DNA from: an uncultured Clostridia bacterium
GTDB taxonomy: Bacteria; Bacillota; Clostridia; Christensenellales; Borkfalkiaceae
Direction: 5' to 3'
NCBI GenBank assembly: GCA_944336975.1
Contig: CALVLH010000006.1
Location: 6,634-70,633, forward strand
Length of the DNA stretch: 64,000 bases
The position numbers were made by a program, and so were the translations under genes. Of the stretch, positions 53,944 to 62,957 are shown piece after piece. Each line of letters opens with the position of its first letter. Within the stretch, counting starts at the first letter, position 1. The notes below the pieces were generated by a model. That model was given only the letters and a program-made list of their open reading frames with translations, made no database searches and was not told the DNA's origin.

Positions 53944-54978
53944 TTACGCTTCAAAACGATATGCCGCGGTGAAATCGTACGCTTCGCCCGCATCGAGATA
54001 GGAACTGCCCAGAGCGGCGTATTCGGGCACGTTCACGTTGTTGGGGATCGCCTGCGTTTCCAGGCAGAAGCCCGCGCGCTTGCCGTAATAGACGCTCTTG
54101 CCCTGCTGATGCAATCCGTTGCCCGCATAGAACTGCACGGCGGGCATATCGGTATAGCAGATCATGCGGATGCCCGTCTTTCTGCTCTCCGCGACCGCAT
54201 ACTGCGCATATTCGCCGCACTTATTTCTAAGGACGTGACAATGATCGTACCCGTTGCCCTGTTTCAGGTCGGGATCGTCCGCTCCGATGTCCTGCCCGAT
54301 CTCCTTGGGCGCGTTGAAATCAAACGCGGTGCCCTTGACGGCACGGAACCCGCCCACGGGGATCATCGTGGGATTGGTGGGCGTGATACGGTCGCAGTCA
54401 ATCTGCAGGACGTTATCGAGGATGCTCCCGTCCCCTTCGCCGTTGAGATTGAAATAAGCGTGATTGGTGAGGTTGATCGCCGTCTTTTTGTCAGTCGTCG
54501 CGTGATAACGGATCTTCAACTCCCCGTCGCGGAACGTATACGTCACCGTTACTTTGAGCGTGCCGGGATAATTCTCTTCTCCGTCGGGCGAGACGATAGA
54601 CAGTCTGAGCTCGTCCCCCACGATCTCGTGCGCCCACGTCTTGCGATTGAAGCCGACCTTGCCGCCGTGAAGATGGTTGCCGCGGTCGTTGCAGTAGAGC
54701 TGATACTCCTTGCCGTCCACCGTGAGTTTGCCCTCGCCGATGCGGTTGCCGAATCTGCCGATGAGCGCCCCAAGATAGCCGCCGTTATCCTCATACCCCG
54801 CCACGTCGTTATAGCCGAGGATGACGTCCACGGGCTTGCCGTCCCTGTCGGGAACGACGACGGACTGGATGATCCCGCCGTAATCGAGGATCACCGCCCT
54901 GCGCGCTCCGTCCTCCAACGTAAACGCGAGGACCTCTCTTCCGTCTTTGGTTGTTCCGAATACTTTGCTTGTAATCAT
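53944..54978 (-). CDS. galM: aldose 1-epimerase (galactose mutarotase)
   Basis: 344 aa. GNRIGEGK, NHLHGG, LTNHAYFNL, GYDHC, FCLETQ. Confidence 0.93.
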   Translation of the reverse strand: MITSKVFGTTKDGREVLAFTLEDGARRAVILDYGGIIQSVVVPDRDGKPVDVILGYNDVAGYEDNGGYLGALIGRFGNRIGEGKLTVDGKEYQLYCNDRGNHLHGGKVGFNRKTWAHEIVGDELRLSIVSPDGEENYPGTLKVTVTYTFRDGELKIRYHATTDKKTAINLTNHAYFNLNGEGDGSILDNVLQIDCDRITPTNPTMIPVGGFRAVKGTAFDFNAPKEIGQDIGADDPDLKQGNGYDHCHVLRNKCGEYAQYAVAESRKTGIRMICYTDMPAVQFYAGNGLHQQGKSVYYGKRAGFCLETQAIPNNVNVPEYAALGSSYLDAGEAYDFTAAYRFEA

Positions 54979-55008
54979 ATCGTACTCCTTCCATATCCGC
55001 CGAAGCGG

Positions 55009-56220
55009 TCAATTTTTCCATTCGCAGGCGCCCTGCTCGCGCAAAGACGCAAAAAAGACGTTTTCCGCGCCGAACACGCGCGCCATCTCGGCGGCATAGC
55101 CGCCCTCTTCCCCTTCTTTGAGGAACGCGAGCACCGTCCCCGCAAATCCGCCTCCCATCATGCGGAACGCCCCCGCGCCGCGGTATCGCTCGGCAAGTTT
55201 GAGCGCGAGCACGACGGGCTGGACGGTGCTCCCGGGGATTGCACAGTTCTGCAACCAGCACAGACTGCTCCGCCCGCTCTCTTCGATGCAGGACAGGAAC
55301 TTGTCCGTATCCCCCTCTTTCAGCGCGCGCACCCCCGCGTCCACCCTCTCGTTTTCCTCGAAGAAGTGGAGGGCGCGCAAGACGGCGCGATCGCCCGCCT
55401 TTTGCCTCAGGGACGGGAGCGCGTCGCAAAGCGCCCCGAAGGATACCTCCCGCAGACAGCGCTTGTTGAAGTGACGGGCGATCTGCTCCATCTCCTTCCG
55501 CACCTCCGCGTAATGCGCGGTCAGCGAAGAATGCGAGCCGCCCGTATTGGTCAGGACGGCGGTATATCCCCGCGGGCGCGGGATCCGTTCGTATGAAGGC
55601 ACGTTCGGGCGGAGAAAGTCGATCGCGTGCAATCCGCCCAGGGCGACCGCGGACTGATCGAGCAATCCGCACGGTTTTCCGAAATAGGAGTTTTCGGCGA
55701 ACTGCCCCGCCTTCGCCTTTTCGGACGGCGCGAGTTCCCCCCCGAAGCAGAGCGCGTTGAAGATCTCGGCGACGAGCACTTCGAACGCCGCCGACGAAGA
55801 GATGCCCGCACCGCGGGGGATATTCCCCGACGTGCAGGCGGAAAATCCGCACAGTTTCCCTTTCTCCGACAGGTACGCGGCGACGCCCCGCGCCAGCGCG
55901 GCGGATTTCCCGCGTTCGCGCTCCCGCCTCGAAAGATCGCGCAAAGAAAAGCGGATGGGATAGAACTTTTCCGAACAGATCTCCACCAGATCATCCTTCC
56001 GACGCCGCACGGCGCAGAGGATGTCGCGGGAGAGCGCGGCGACGAGCGCCTTGCCGCAGTTGTGGTCGGTATGGTTGCCCAGGATCTCCGCCCTGCCGGG
56101 CGAAGTGAACCAGCGCTCTGGCGCGGAATGACAGCGGGCGCGGAAAAAGAACTCTAATTCCTCTTTCCGCTTTCGCGCCCTTTCCGCATCTTTTCCGTAA
56201 CGATCTTCCATCCGTTCCAT
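55009..56220 (-). CDS. galK: galactokinase-family GHMP sugar kinase
   Basis: 403 aa. SPGRAEILGNHTDHNCG (GRVNLIGEHTDY-like), GHMP motif IPRGAGISSSAA, C-terminal MMGGGFAGT. Sugar specificity is not certain. Confidence 0.8.
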   Translation of the reverse strand: MERMEDRYGKDAERARKRKEELEFFFRARCHSAPERWFTSPGRAEILGNHTDHNCGKALVAALSRDILCAVRRRKDDLVEICSEKFYPIRFSLRDLSRRERERGKSAALARGVAAYLSEKGKLCGFSACTSGNIPRGAGISSSAAFEVLVAEIFNALCFGGELAPSEKAKAGQFAENSYFGKPCGLLDQSAVALGGLHAIDFLRPNVPSYERIPRPRGYTAVLTNTGGSHSSLTAHYAEVRKEMEQIARHFNKRCLREVSFGALCDALPSLRQKAGDRAVLRALHFFEENERVDAGVRALKEGDTDKFLSCIEESGRSSLCWLQNCAIPGSTVQPVVLALKLAERYRGAGAFRMMGGGFAGTVLAFLKEGEEGGYAAEMARVFGAENVFFASLREQGACEWKN

Positions 56221-56288
56221 ACGCGGATATTATAGCATATCCCCGCCGCTTTGTAAATAAATTTCCAAAAATTCGGCAAATTACGGTT

Positions 56289-56972
56289 ATGCAGAAAAAG
56301 TATCGCGCCGCCGTGCTCGCCTTCCTTGCAGCGCTCCTTCTCGTCGGTCATCTCGGAGCGCGCCTCGCCCGCGCCGTTCCCGCATTCAGTTTCGCCGCGG
56401 AACAGAAATGCATCTATCTCACTTTCGACGACGGTCCCAGCACCGTCGTGACCAATCGCGTGCTCGACATCCTCGCCGAAGAGAACGTCAAGGCGACCTT
56501 CTTCATCGTCGGGGCGCAGATCGACGGGCGGGAAGAGACGCTCCGCCGCGCCGTCGCCGAAGGCCATACGCTCGGCGTGCATTCGGATACGCATCGCTAT
56601 CCGCTCATCTATGCTTCCGATCGGGCGCTTCTCGACGACATCCGTTCCTGCGCGGAACATATCCGCGCGGTCACGGGCGTGACGCCCCGCGTCTACCGCT
56701 TCCCCGGCGGAGGCGTTCACCGCACCGCCCAACGGAAGCTCGTGGAGCGGGAGGGATACCGCATCGTCGACTGGAATGCCGGTTGCGGCGACGAAGAGAT
56801 CGCAGGAGCGGACGCCGCGCGGCTGCTCGAAGAGGCGAAGCGCACTTCCGCAGGAAAAAACCGCGTCGTCTTCCTCTCCCACGATTCTCCCCATCACAAG
56901 GAGACCGCCGCGGCGCTCCCTCAGATCATCGCGTACTTCCGCGAACAGGGATACGAATTCCGCGCGTTCTGA
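56289..56972 (+). CDS. polysaccharide deacetylase (NodB/CE4) family protein with N-terminal signal/anchor
   Basis: 227 aa. Hydrophobic N-terminus, YLTFDDGPS, ATFFIVG, LGVHSDTH. Confidence 0.88.
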   Translation: MQKKYRAAVLAFLAALLLVGHLGARLARAVPAFSFAAEQKCIYLTFDDGPSTVVTNRVLDILAEENVKATFFIVGAQIDGREETLRRAVAEGHTLGVHSDTHRYPLIYASDRALLDDIRSCAEHIRAVTGVTPRVYRFPGGGVHRTAQRKLVEREGYRIVDWNAGCGDEEIAGADAARLLEEAKRTSAGKNRVVFLSHDSPHHKETAAALPQIIAYFREQGYEFRAF

Positions 56973-59559
56973 CGGCGCGGCGTTCGCGGGCGCGGCGAAG
57001 GAGTTTATACGCCTCTCCGACGGGGATGACGGCGGCGGAACAGAGAAACACCGCCGTCCACTGCGCACCCGTGAGCGCGGTGAGGGAAAACGCCTCGCGG
57101 AAGACGGGCACGACGCCGAGCAGGACGTTGACCGCCACGCCGAACAGGACGGTAAGAAGCAGGACGCGATTGCCCGCAAACCCGCTCAATCCGAGCGCGT
57201 TCTCCTCCTTGCGCACGTTGAAAGCATGAAAGAGCTCGCAGAAGGACAGCGCGAAGAAGGCGGCGGCGGACGCCGCGTCGTTCCCCCACGCGTGCACGCC
57301 GTAAGCGAAGATCCCGATCACGATCGCCGTCTGCACGATCCCGAAAAACAAGATCGCCGTCAGCGAGCGCCTGCCGAAGATCTCCTCCGCGGAGACGGGC
57401 GGGCGCTTCATCGCGCCCTGCGTGCGTTCCACGCCCAGCGCGAGCACGGGCAGGGAATCGGTGATGAGGTTGATCCACAAGAGTTGCGTGGAAGTGAGAA
57501 AGGCGTATCTCCACAAAAACAGCGTGGCGATGAGCACGGAGAACACCTCGGCGAGGTTGGTCGCGAGGAAGAATTGCACTGTGCGCTTGACGTTGAAAAA
57601 GACGTTTCGCCCCTCTTCCGCGGCGCGCACGACGGTGGAAAAGTCGTCGTCCGAAATGACCATGTCGGCGGCGTCCTTGGTCACGTCCGTCCCCGAACCC
57701 ATCGCGACGCCGATGTCCGCCGTGCGGAGAGAAGGCGCGTCGTTGACGCCGTCCCCCGTCATCGCGACCACCTCTCCGCTCTTTTGCAGGGCGCGTACGA
57801 TCTGCGTCTTATGCCTCGGCGAAACGCGGGCGAACACGGAAAACTCCTTCGAGCGGGAGAGGAGCGCTTCCCCGCCCTCGTCCAGCTCTTCGCCCGTGAT
57901 CACCTCGCTCCGCTCTTCGGCGATGCCCAGCCGCCGGGCGATGGCGAACGCCGTGTCCGCGTGATCGCCCGTGATCATGACCGTGCGGATCCCCGCGCCC
58001 TTGCAGGCGGCGACCGCCTCCTTCGCGCCTTCGCGCGGGGGATCGAGCATCGCCGCGATCCCGAGAAACGTGAGCCCCTCTTCCCTGACCGCGCCGCGGT
58101 ATTCCCCCTTCGCAAACGCCAGAACGCGCATCGCGCGGGAAGCGCAGTTGTCGATCGCCGCCGTGATGGCCCTGCGGTCGGAAGCGGTCAGTTCCCGCTC
58201 TCCCGCTTGCGTCAGGATGCGCGTGCATCTCGACAGCAGGACGTCGGCGCCGCCCTTGACGTACAGGGTGCGTCCCTCCTTCGTCTCCGCCGCCACGCTC
58301 ATCATCTTTCGCTCGGAAGAGAACGGTTCCCCGCCGAGCGAGCGGAACGCGCAGTCGAAGCGACAGCGGTCGGCATATTCGACGAGCGCGATCTCCGTGG
58401 GATCGCCAAGATAGTTCCCCGCGGCGCCGCGCACCGTATTGCAGACGCGGATACAGCGCAGGAGCTCCGATTGCGCCTTCGTCCCCGCATATCGCTCTTC
58501 CCCGCGGGAAAAATCGGTGCGGATCTCCTCCACCGTCATGCGGTTCTGCGTGAGCGTACCCGTCTTATCCGAGCAGATACAGGTGCAATTCCCCAGCGTT
58601 TCCACCGCCGAGAGCTTGCGCACGACCGCGCGCGCGGCGCTCATGCGTTTCACGCCCATCGCGAGGATGACCGTGACGACCGCGCCCATGCCCTCGGGGA
58701 TCGCCGCAACCGCGACGGCGACCGCCGTCATCAGGTTTTCCAAAAATCCCGTGCGGCGGGAGATAAGCCCGCCGACAAAAAGGATCGCCGCCACCGCGAG
58801 CACCGTGACCGTGATGAGTTTGCCAAGCCGCGCGATCGTTTTATCCAGCGGCGTGGGTACCGTCTCCGCGCGATCGAGCATCCGCGCGATCTTGCCCATT
58901 TCCGTGTCCATGCCCGTCGCGACGACGACGCACCTCGCACGCCCCGATACGCAGAACGTGGAAAAATGCGCCGTATTTTCCCGTTCCCCGAGCGCGGAAC
59001 GGGTCACGGCGCAGTCGCGCTTCGCGACGGGGTGGGATTCCCCCGTCAGCGCACTCTCGTCGCAACAGAACCGTTCGGACGAGAGCACGCGGCAATCGGC
59101 GGGGATACGGTCCCCCTCTTCGAGCTCCACCACGTCTCCGGGAACGAGATCGGCGGCGTCGACGAGGACGACTTTGCCGTCGCGCACCGTCTTGGCGCGG
59201 CAGACGGAGAGTTTTTTGAGCTTGGCGAGCGCGGCGTCGGCGCGATACTGCTGGATAAGCCCCACCGTCGCGTTGAGCAGGATGATGAAGAGCAGGATGG
59301 CGGTATCCGTAAGCTGATCGACGTCGCCCGTCACGAAGGCGAGTACGGCTGACAAAAACGCCGCGGCGATGAGGATGAGCGTCATCAGATCGGCAAACTG
59401 CGCGAAAAAGAGGGCAAGCAAGCCCTTTTTCTTTTCCTCGCGCAGGGCATTTTTCCCGAAGCGTTCCAGCCGCCGCGCCGCTTCTTCGCCTGTCAGCCCC
59501 GCCTCCGTCGCATTCAGCCGCCGAAGGACTTCCCGCTTGTCAAGAGAATACGTTTCCAT
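56926..59559 (-). CDS. cation-translocating P-type ATPase (P2-type, Ca2+-ATPase-like)
   Basis: 877 aa. LTGES, ICSDKTGTLTQN, MITGDH, MTGDGVNDAPSL, 10-TM layout. Confidence 0.95.
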   Translation of the reverse strand: METYSLDKREVLRRLNATEAGLTGEEAARRLERFGKNALREEKKKGLLALFFAQFADLMTLILIAAAFLSAVLAFVTGDVDQLTDTAILLFIILLNATVGLIQQYRADAALAKLKKLSVCRAKTVRDGKVVLVDAADLVPGDVVELEEGDRIPADCRVLSSERFCCDESALTGESHPVAKRDCAVTRSALGERENTAHFSTFCVSGRARCVVVATGMDTEMGKIARMLDRAETVPTPLDKTIARLGKLITVTVLAVAAILFVGGLISRRTGFLENLMTAVAVAVAAIPEGMGAVVTVILAMGVKRMSAARAVVRKLSAVETLGNCTCICSDKTGTLTQNRMTVEEIRTDFSRGEERYAGTKAQSELLRCIRVCNTVRGAAGNYLGDPTEIALVEYADRCRFDCAFRSLGGEPFSSERKMMSVAAETKEGRTLYVKGGADVLLSRCTRILTQAGERELTASDRRAITAAIDNCASRAMRVLAFAKGEYRGAVREEGLTFLGIAAMLDPPREGAKEAVAACKGAGIRTVMITGDHADTAFAIARRLGIAEERSEVITGEELDEGGEALLSRSKEFSVFARVSPRHKTQIVRALQKSGEVVAMTGDGVNDAPSLRTADIGVAMGSGTDVTKDAADMVISDDDFSTVVRAAEEGRNVFFNVKRTVQFFLATNLAEVFSVLIATLFLWRYAFLTSTQLLWINLITDSLPVLALGVERTQGAMKRPPVSAEEIFGRRSLTAILFFGIVQTAIVIGIFAYGVHAWGNDAASAAAFFALSFCELFHAFNVRKEENALGLSGFAGNRVLLLTVLFGVAVNVLLGVVPVFREAFSLTALTGAQWTAVFLCSAAVIPVGEAYKLLRRARERRAVRTRGIRIPVRGSTR

Positions 59560-59640
59560 GCTCCTAATGTATGGACGGAGAGCAGCGATTATGATAGCGG
59601 CGTCCGCAAAATCCCGCCCCGCGAAAATGAACGAAAATAA

Positions 59641-59686
59641 GGCGGCGCGGTTGCATCGGCAACCGCGCCGCCCTGTTTTCGCTTTT
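59641..59686. terminator. rho-independent terminator between pyrE and the ATPase gene (hairpin flanked by T-runs on both strands)
   Basis: 14-bp stem GGCGGCGCGGTTGC-atcg-GCAACCGCGCCGCC, then CTGTTTTCGCTTTTT on plus. On minus it is followed by TTATTTTCG. Confidence 0.7.
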
Positions 59687-59696
59687 TGTCCCGATC

Positions 59697-60362
59697 TCAG
59701 CCCTGCACGCCGTACTGCGCACGATACGCCTTCATCGCTTCGAGGTATTCCTTCCCGCCGATGACGCCCTTTTCGATCGCGTCGATGATGTCCTGCATGG
59801 TGACGATGGAATACACCTTCACCCCGAATTCGTCGTACACTTCCTGCACGGCGGATTTCTCGCTCGTCAGCCCCTTTTCCATTCGGTCGACGGAGATGAT
59901 CATCGCTTCCACTTTGACGTCCGCCGCCTCTCTGAGCTTGGGCAGGATCTCGCGGAGCGCCTTGCCCGACGTCATCACGTCCTCGATGATGGCGATCCTC
60001 TCGCCGTCGGCGAGCGTCTTGCCGACGAACAGCCCGCCCTCGCCGTGATCCTTGACTTCCTTGCGGTCAAAGCAGTAATTGACCTCTTCGCCGAACTTCT
60101 CGTACAGCGCGACGCTCGCCGCGACGGCAAGCGGGATGCCCTTATAGGCAGGCCCCACGAGCGTTTCCGCCTTCACGCCGTGCGCGCGGATGCATTCCGC
60201 GTAATACTCGCCCAGACGCGCGATCTGCTTGCCCGTGCGGTATTTGCCCGCATTGATGAAATACGGCGCCTTTCTGCCGCTTTTGAGCGTAAATTCGCCG
60301 AAGCAGAGCACCTCGTTCTCCACCATGAAACGGATGAATTTTTCCTTATAAGTAAGTTCCAT
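59697..60362 (-). CDS. pyrE: orotate phosphoribosyltransferase
   Basis: 221 aa from MELTYKEKFIRFM. FTLKSGRKAPYFIN, PRPP loop IAIIEDVMTSGKA. The ORF-track extension to 61043 is out of frame inside pyrD. Confidence 0.95.
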   Translation of the reverse strand: MELTYKEKFIRFMVENEVLCFGEFTLKSGRKAPYFINAGKYRTGKQIARLGEYYAECIRAHGVKAETLVGPAYKGIPLAVAASVALYEKFGEEVNYCFDRKEVKDHGEGGLFVGKTLADGERIAIIEDVMTSGKALREILPKLREAADVKVEAMIISVDRMEKGLTSEKSAVQEVYDEFGVKVYSIVTMQDIIDAIEKGVIGGKEYLEAMKAYRAQYGVQG

Positions 60363-60394
60363 ATCCTTCTCCTTTGCGCATTTTTTGGCGCCGA

Positions 60395-61303
60395 TCAGTT
60401 GAGTTTCAGCGCACCCGTCAGTTCGGAAACGCTCTTCACGCCATGGTTGTCGCACCACGCGTTGAGTCCTTCGATGATATGAGGGCAGGCGAGCGTATCG
60501 GTGAAGTTCGCCGTCCCCACCTGTACCGCCGTCGCGCCCGCCAGGAGGAATTCCACCGCGTCCTCCGCGCAGGCGATCCCGCCCATGCCGATGACGGGGA
60601 TATCCACCGCGTGCGCCGCTTCGTATACCATGCGCACCGCGATCGGTTTGATCCCCGCGCCCGAAACGCCGCCCGTGTTGTTGGCGATGATCGGCTTCCT
60701 CTTTTCGATGTCGATCGCCATGCCCGTGAAGGTGTTGACGAGGGAAATGCAGTCCGCGCCCCCTTCCCGCGCCGCGCGCGCGTTGGCGGGGATGCTCTCC
60801 ACGTTGGGGGAAAGTTTGACGATGAGCGGGGTCTTCTTTAAGGAAGCCTTCGCCGCCGCCGTCACCTCGCGGATGGTCTCGGGACGGATCCCGAACGCCA
60901 TGCCGCCGCTTTTCACGTTGGGGCAGGAGATGTTCAGCTCGACGAAATCGACGAGCCCGTCCAGTTTCGCGCAGATGAGCGCGTAATCCTCCACCGTCCT
61001 GCCCGCGACGTTGGCGAGGACGCGCGTCTTGCCGCGCAGCCATAAAAGATCGTTTTTGAGAAATTCTTCCACGCCCGGATTCTGCAAGCCGACGGCGTTG
61101 AGGATGACGCCGCGGCTCTCCGCGATGCGCGGCACGGGATTGCCCATGCGCGCATCTAACGTGAGCCCCTTGGTCGCCACGCCGCCGAGCACGGAGATGT
61201 CGTAGATCTCGTCGAATTCGCGCCCGAAGCCGAACGTGCCCGAAGCGGGAATGACGGGATTTCTGAGTTTTACGCCACAGAGACTGACCGAAAGATCTGC
61301 CAT
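60395..61303 (-). CDS. pyrD: dihydroorotate dehydrogenase, catalytic subunit (class 1B)
   Basis: 302 aa from MADLSVSLCGVKLRNPVIPASGTFGFG. ELNISCPN, NTGGVSGAGIKPIA, IGMGGI. Confidence 0.95.
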   Translation of the reverse strand: MADLSVSLCGVKLRNPVIPASGTFGFGREFDEIYDISVLGGVATKGLTLDARMGNPVPRIAESRGVILNAVGLQNPGVEEFLKNDLLWLRGKTRVLANVAGRTVEDYALICAKLDGLVDFVELNISCPNVKSGGMAFGIRPETIREVTAAAKASLKKTPLIVKLSPNVESIPANARAAREGGADCISLVNTFTGMAIDIEKRKPIIANNTGGVSGAGIKPIAVRMVYEAAHAVDIPVIGMGGIACAEDAVEFLLAGATAVQVGTANFTDTLACPHIIEGLNAWCDNHGVKSVSELTGALKLN

Positions 61304-62058
61304 CAGAGTATCACCTCCCCGATCTCGAACACGGGCCCGTCCTTGCAGACGCGCGCGTGTTTGCCGTCCGTCCTGTCGCACACGCACACGAGGCAGGCGC
61401 CGATGCCGCACCCCATGCGCTCTTCCAGCGAGACATAGACGGGGATGCCCTTGCCCGTCATCGCGTTTTTCAGCGCACGGAGCATGGGCGTGGGTCCGCA
61501 GGCGAGCACGACGTCGGGGCGCTCCCCTTCGAGATCTTCCATGAACGCCTGCACCGCCGTGCCGTGATAGCCGACGCTGCCGTCGTCCGTGGCGATGACC
61601 AGCTTGTCGCTGCGCTGCATTTCATATTCCATGCACAGCGCGCGCTTGTTGCGGAACCCCATATACGCGCTGATGTGTTTTTTGCCCGCATATTCGCGGA
61701 TGACGGAGATGAGGGGGAAGATCCCCACGCCGCCGCCCACGACCGCGACGCGCTGTTCCTCGTCCTTCACATAAAAGCCGTTGCCGAGGGGCAGGAGCAC
61801 GGAGATCGTCTCCCCCGCCTTGTATTCCTTGGCGAGACGGCGCGTGCCCTCGCCTTTGAGCTGATAACAGACGGTCACGCGCTCCCCTTCCGCCTTGCAT
61901 ACGGCGATCGGGCGGCGCAGAAGCTGCTGTCCGCCCACGCCGAGCATGGCGAACTGTCCGCAGCGGATCCTGATGTCGTCGCCCGCAGAAAAGGTGAGCG
62001 ACCAGATGTTCTCCGCGATCTTTTTGTTTTCCAGTACGGTAGCCGTTATCTCGCGCAT
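61303..62058 (-). CDS. pyrK: dihydroorotate dehydrogenase electron-transfer subunit (FAD/2Fe-2S)
   Basis: 251 aa from MREITATVLENKKI. RPIAV, VVGGGVGIFP, C-terminal C.GIGACLVC cluster. The stop overlaps the pyrD ATG by 1 nt. Confidence 0.92.
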   Translation of the reverse strand: MREITATVLENKKIAENIWSLTFSAGDDIRIRCGQFAMLGVGGQQLLRRPIAVCKAEGERVTVCYQLKGEGTRRLAKEYKAGETISVLLPLGNGFYVKDEEQRVAVVGGGVGIFPLISVIREYAGKKHISAYMGFRNKRALCMEYEMQRSDKLVIATDDGSVGYHGTAVQAFMEDLEGERPDVVLACGPTPMLRALKNAMTGKGIPVYVSLEERMGCGIGACLVCVCDRTDGKHARVCKDGPVFEIGEVIL

Positions 62059-62957
62059 ATCTCCCCCAACACGGAAAGAAGATCCGCCTTCATGTCCAGG
62101 CACGCCTGACGCGCCGCGCCGAAATAGGTGCCGCCCTTCTTCTGATACGCGCAAAGGATGCCGCGCGAGTTGTTGACGATCCCGCCCAGCCCGTTTTCGT
62201 CGAAACAGCAGCGGAGCATTTCCGCCTTGCCGCCCTGCGCGCCGTAACCGGGGATGAGGAAGAAGGTATGGGAAAGGCGCTTTCTCAGGATCGCCGCCTC
62301 TTCGGGGTGCGTCGCGCCCACGACCGCGCCGACCGCGGAATAGCCGTATTTCCCGACCGTATCCGCGCCCCAGCGCTCGACCATGTCGCCCATGCACTCG
62401 AACACGGTGCGCCCGTCCTCCAACTTAAGGTTCTGCAATTCGCCCGAGGAGGGATTGCTCGTCTTGACGAGCACGAAAATGCCCTTATCCGATTTTTTGC
62501 AATCGTCGACAAACGGCGCAATGCCGTCCGTGCCGAGATATCCGTTCACCGTCACGAAATCGGAAGGAAACGCGGAGATCTTGTCCCCGTTCACGTCCGT
62601 TTCGCCGAGAAACGCCGCCGAATAGCACGCCGCCGTCGAACCGATGTCGTTGCGCTTGGCGTCCGCGATCACGAACAGCCCCTTCTTCTTCGCATAATTC
62701 AGCGTTTCCGTGAACGCGCGCAGTCCTTCCGTGCCGTAAGCCTCGTAATACGCGATCTGCACTTTGACCGCGGGGACGATGTCGCAGATGTTGTCAACGA
62801 GCGTCTTGTTGAACTCGACGATCGCGTCCGCGACGCCTTTGAAGTCCTTCACGCCCGCGCGCATCTCCTCGGGAAGGTAGGCAAAAGAGGTATCCAGCCC
62901 CACCGCGGTGGGATTCTGCATCCGAACGATTCTTTCAATGAGTGCGTCGACGATCAC
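62046..62957 (-). CDS. pyrF: orotidine 5'-phosphate decarboxylase (long, type 2)
   Basis: 303 aa. GTG start overlaps the pyrC stop (GTGA), with SD GAGGAG 8 nt upstream. VGLDT, DAKRNDIGST, FLIPGYGAQGG. Confidence 0.9.
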   Translation of the reverse strand: MIVDALIERIVRMQNPTAVGLDTSFAYLPEEMRAGVKDFKGVADAIVEFNKTLVDNICDIVPAVKVQIAYYEAYGTEGLRAFTETLNYAKKKGLFVIADAKRNDIGSTAACYSAAFLGETDVNGDKISAFPSDFVTVNGYLGTDGIAPFVDDCKKSDKGIFVLVKTSNPSSGELQNLKLEDGRTVFECMGDMVERWGADTVGKYGYSAVGAVVGATHPEEAAILRKRLSHTFFLIPGYGAQGGKAEMLRCCFDENGLGGIVNNSRGILCAYQKKGGTYFGAARQACLDMKADLLSVLGEICAR

